Of a DNA stretch of 64,000 bases, positions 62,201-64,000 are shown piece by piece. Where the stretch lies: positions 13,107 through 77,106 of the forward strand of contig BOKZ01000001.1 in the NCBI GenBank assembly GCA_016861245.1, read 5' to 3'. Position numbers and translations under genes: made by a program. Positions within the stretch are counted from its first letter, which is position 1. Every line of letters begins with the position of its first letter. Source of the stretch: Patescibacteria group bacterium (GTDB lineage: Bacteria; Patescibacteriota; UBA1384; 2-12-FULL-50-11). The notes below the pieces were generated by a model, which saw nothing but the letters and a program-made list of their open reading frames with translations, was not told the DNA's origin and did no database searches.

Positions 62201-64000
62201 TTTTCCTACACCGGCAACGATGGGTTAGGTAATACGACTATCCAATCAACTACGTACTACAATCTAACGATTAATAACTCTGCCGAAACCTTTGTGCTCG
62301 AAGGTACAACTAATGTGGGCAATGATTTAATGATCACCAACGGCACTCTTGACACCACTACAAGTAACCACAGTATGAGTATCACCAGAGACGTGTTAAT
62401 CGCTAATACGGCAACCGCCACTTTTCGAGCTCGGGGCTCAACGATCACCGTCTCGCGGCATTGGTCAAAAGGTTCGAGCGGCGTCTTCACTAGAGATAGT
62501 TCAACGGTTCAGTTGAACGGCGATGGTGAAATTCAGACGGTCGGCGGCGGACAGACACAATTTGAGCATTTGGTAGTTGCCTACTCTGGCAAGACCACGA
62601 CGATGGCGACCTCAACAACGCACGTATTTGGTACCCTGACGGTGAACGAGGGAACCCTAACCTGTAGTATTACCTGTACATTCCAGTTGTTTAGAACCTC
62701 TGGAGCAGATCTCTCTATTAACACTTCGGCTACGTTGACTGGTTCGAATGCGACGTTTCACTTACGCAAGCAGAGCGCCTCAACGGTCACGATCGCAGGC
62801 GCGACTAACTACGGTACGTGGAATATTCTGGCAGAGGCGGATACAACTGGGGTTGTAACGTTTAACGTTGGCGGGGCTATCACTACCAGCGGTTACCTAT
62901 GGGTACGAGCTAATACCAGTGGAACGGGCTCGAACTTCAACACCCAAAACTACGCTGTCAGCGCCAAATATTTCCTACTGGGTGACGCTACGGACAACAC
63001 CGCTATCGCGGCTAACTTCGGATCAAGCAACACAACATTCAATAACGGTACCGGAGATGGGTTCTACGTTGCTTCGAACGGCGGAGCGCACACCCTCAAC
63101 TTAAGTACGTCGTCCACAACCGTCACTGGTAATGTTAAATTTGGAAACGGGACCGGGACAATCACAGTAGACGACGGCAGCTCCACTTTCACCTTTGCGC
63201 CATCTTCAGGTACCGCGACGTACTCACCAGATGGGGAGACGCTCTACAATGTCATCGTCAACGGCGGCGCCACCGTTTCGCCAGACGGGGCAGTAATTAT
63301 CGCTAACGACTTAACGATGACCGCTGGCACTCTTTCAGGAACACAAAACATCACTGTTAACGGGACAGTTCAGGGTACGGCTGGGATAATCAATTTAACC
63401 GGGGGAACCTTCGAGCAAAGAGTGCTAACGGGCGGTACAAGCAAAAATTTCGGTACTACGTCTGGATCTAACGCGTGGAGTTTTAACGACCTAATTTTCT
63501 CAAACGGCTGCAGTATCTGTGGGTCAGGTGGCCAAATAACAACACAAACAGGTGGGGATGGAGACATCAATGTATCTGGAATTTTAATGGTTGGTAAATC
63601 AGGCGATGGTGATGATATGATACTTGATGCCGGTAACCGAACCTGGAATCTTACCAACGCAAACCATGCCGATCCGTTCCAATTAGTTGGGCCGGCGCCC
63701 AACTTAGTGCCTGCCACATCAACATTTCGTTACATCGGCGACAACGACACCGGATCTGTTACAGTGCAATCGGAAACGTATTGTAATTTAGTGGTTGGTA
63801 ACGCCACAGCTGGCGAAACGTATGTATTAGAGGGAGCGACTAGCACAACTGCGGAGGCATCTTGTGGAGACTTAACAATCAATACAGCTGCGATTGGCTC
63901 AAATACCCTAGATGTCGTTTCCGGCTCTAATTACGCCTTAAACATCGGTGGATCATACACTAATAACGGTAATTTTAACTCACAAAACGGAACAGTTACG
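56231..64000 (+). CDS. Giant repeat-rich cell-surface protein with multiple LamG/ConA-like lectin modules (3' end beyond window; >2590 aa)
   Basis: Manual translation from the ATG at 56231 gives an uninterrupted frame to the window edge (2590 codons, no stop). This is why it is missing from the ORF track. N-terminal signal anchor (GLFTTVLLVVFGLVTSAAL). Recurrent TWYR(I/V)E(L/V)…DLYFDDIAIN laminin-G-like blocks. GT-rich beta-solenoid-like repeats. Internal diverged duplications. Confidence 0.7.
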   Translation, partial: MEGKTFHRLDGVYRLVADPVIRQRVGRAGLFTTVLLVVFGLVTSAALPQFTLGETGSASANRLWSSGAELNTTTANVEITSTSGTVSINSSTKRSGDYSFRANPTSSTGIFTKIFANSNQSNKFWFRTYVRIADDPSADTYIVRIGNSGGGKISVRLTTTSTLQLRNEEDNTNIGSASSALSVNTWYRVEVYVDTTTLSSTDAELRLDGTSISSSTAENLASGIDRLTWGSTATGTTDLYFDDIAINDSTGRAVDNWPGEGRIVHMHPNADGSNTAWIGDPSDTNDYDDVDEVTPNDDTDFIRSQTNNQLDDNNLEAATSAGIGANDAIKLVSVGVRIRPCGNASGGGPACPPAEIDINWEARITGGGNTEQSGSIAISDASGWITNDDDSAKLNKITLYDLPGASTAPWTVAELDSAQIGVANRDSSGTGFRVSTTWLQVEYVDRSGGRLISSGFELNSATAGMEVSAVTNTPAINSTTFRSGAYALQTENGGGQEYARFYFESANTNGDYYLRAYLNIATSFNNSTATVLSLLDTSNLRRAYLKLTTTNTLELWDEDGQIGSASSALSTSTWYRIELRLNTVPSGGSHVVDGRIDGVSFASSSTRNVGTGVARIGLGVNASDNMEASANTQGSLIWDDIALNKGIGATQNTWPGAGSIIHLRPDAVGVSTSWTQNGSCAVSNFGCVLEVTPNDGTNYVSETTSDDVDDYNIDNSPLSGSDVVNLVSVGVRFRTSSATQEDFRVRLREASTGIAIESNTLSPASTTWTTNATADPKLYPLTAYTRPELPTIWTDTQLDTAQIGIRDVLSSSGTVQVTAMWLLVDYSPPATIVISGTCDQYNRTTDCTDDGSNQIRVAVNGSLQAQVDTTVDGAWAISGVTQPSSGDIITVFIDGNADTNEAVAVTKYDGTGDISGIVLYQRHLTLGSDDNPTLSNADIDAYDNSVSGDEDIFFDVDANDDLTVDAVSTYTDEYLYVKSGTTYRPGSGGSANVNTTHIEIDGTLQADSNALNINGNWQNDGTFTSNTSTVTMNSTSTGRTLAGAMTGSSAFYDLTFNGSGGAWSFSAAAETDRDFIITAGSVTAPSGNLTVARNFTNNGTFTHNSGTVVLDTTTTATITSASGGTTFNNFTSTAATKTIQFTKHTTGTPVFTFAGTFTITGTSGNLINVYSDTNGTQWKAHFNSNQTSVTYANIRDGGCNTGTANVFLGTDSTSAGNNDTCWVFPINRLWSGGAELQSATAGVETNFNDGSSQSISTSIKRSGEASWRVNTTSSLSAFNKYFVNTPTQGKYWVRIYLYIATSPSARHNILNLNGAARRIGVRLNTSNQLELWNEEDNLQIGSASSALSTATWYRIELHADTTTLSSTSAELRLNGSTTASGTANLAAAFDRIQFGVMDTSSTSDLYFDDIAINGPSSASNNWPGEGKIVHMQPNADGDNVAWADSGGNSIDYDEVDEIPPDDDSTYIHSSSAGNLEDLNLESASSAGIGASDTITAVSVGLRFQACNSGGPACLVGAGDNYKARLKATGGGTVEESASINADNGAGYATNRNSASANANLYPLTLLDLPGSSVTKWTPSDLDTAQIGMRHDTYENGFRTTTMWLLVEYIPVTNVTGTCDQYDRTTDCVDDGSNQIKVAVNGTLQPGADTTVDGSWSVGITQPNTGDIITVFIDGNADNNEAVAVTKYDGTGDITGVLLYQRHLTIGSDDNQTITNANLASYDNSVSGDEDIFFDVDGNNDLIVDAVGTYTDEYLFIKTGNIYRPDSSSSGNVSVTHLEIDGTITADGNAFSINGNWQNDGTFSAGTSTTTFTSTTTGRTIAGTISGTTGKFYNLIFNGTGGEWTNSAALEVANDLTMTAGTLAGTNNVTVVGHTQGTSGVINRTGGTFKQGATASKNFGTTSGTTAWTFSDLTFANDLGICTGITYTTQTGGTGGITVSGILRVGESGDGVGCTTTLNAGDRTWTLSGITGDPFQLLASPAGSLTAATSTFSYTGNDGLGNTTIQSTTYYNLTINNSAETFVLEGTTNVGNDLMITNGTLDTTTSNHSMSITRDVLIANTATATFRARGSTITVSRHWSKGSSGVFTRDSSTVQLNGDGEIQTVGGGQTQFEHLVVAYSGKTTTMATSTTHVFGTLTVNEGTLTCSITCTFQLFRTSGADLSINTSATLTGSNATFHLRKQSASTVTIAGATNYGTWNILAEADTTGVVTFNVGGAITTSGYLWVRANTSGTGSNFNTQNYAVSAKYFLLGDATDNTAIAANFGSSNTTFNNGTGDGFYVASNGGAHTLNLSTSSTTVTGNVKFGNGTGTITVDDGSSTFTFAPSSGTATYSPDGETLYNVIVNGGATVSPDGAVIIANDLTMTAGTLSGTQNITVNGTVQGTAGIINLTGGTFEQRVLTGGTSKNFGTTSGSNAWSFNDLIFSNGCSICGSGGQITTQTGGDGDINVSGILMVGKSGDGDDMILDAGNRTWNLTNANHADPFQLVGPAPNLVPATSTFRYIGDNDTGSVTVQSETYCNLVVGNATAGETYVLEGATSTTAEASCGDLTINTAAIGSNTLDVVSGSNYALNIGGSYTNNGNFNSQNGTVT

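Noticed and set aside
56266-63717. Chain of 60-130-aa minus-strand ORFs and short plus-strand ORFs across 56.2-63.7 kb
   Set aside because: All are antisense to, or out of frame with, the single 7.8-kb plus-strand reading frame that stays open from 56231 to the window end. Their translations are Ser/Val/Pro-rich mirror images of that codon-biased gene.

Overview
Fifty-percent-GC bacterial chromosomal window with a compact, Shine-Dalgarno-using gene set. Type IV pilin-like genes, a reduced dcw cluster and giant repeat-rich surface proteins suggest a Candidate Phyla Radiation (Patescibacteria)-like organism, but that is an inference.

Main content, on the minus strand unless stated:
- 83-24915: pilin-like gene, tyrS, class A PBP (plus strand), radA, recJ, then a dcw division/cell-wall cluster in the order mraZ-rsmH-ftsL-ftsI-murF-mraY-murD-ftsW-murG-murC-murB-like-ftsQ with no murE or ddl. 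A putative MraZ operator lies upstream of mraZ. glyQS, alr and recO follow.
- 25929-29775: 5S and 23S rRNA. The 23S carries a ~330-bp helix-45 intervening sequence. An SD-bearing 80-aa ORF sits in the 23S-5S spacer.
- 30039-44929: dut, two somewhat GC-enriched lipoprotein genes, fpg, an LpxC-like gene, thyA-folA, HIT-like, dCMP deaminase, an HldE-II-like nucleotidyltransferase, a histidine phosphatase, tRNA-Ala, an L,D-transpeptidase in a GC-rich block, the canonical murB, a DUF2233-like secreted protein and DedA.
- 45066-46718: tRNA-Ile (plus strand) convergent with 16S rRNA. The 16S is separated from 23S-5S by 15.5 kb of protein genes.
- 47162-64000: surface-protein-rich locus. It holds a GH-like protein, a Nudix hydrolase, a 1045-aa beta-helix protein, a frameshifted membrane-protein gene, clpP-tig, and a >2590-aa repeat-rich LamG-like giant gene that runs off the window and is absent from the ORF track.

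No CRISPR array or obvious mobile element was seen.
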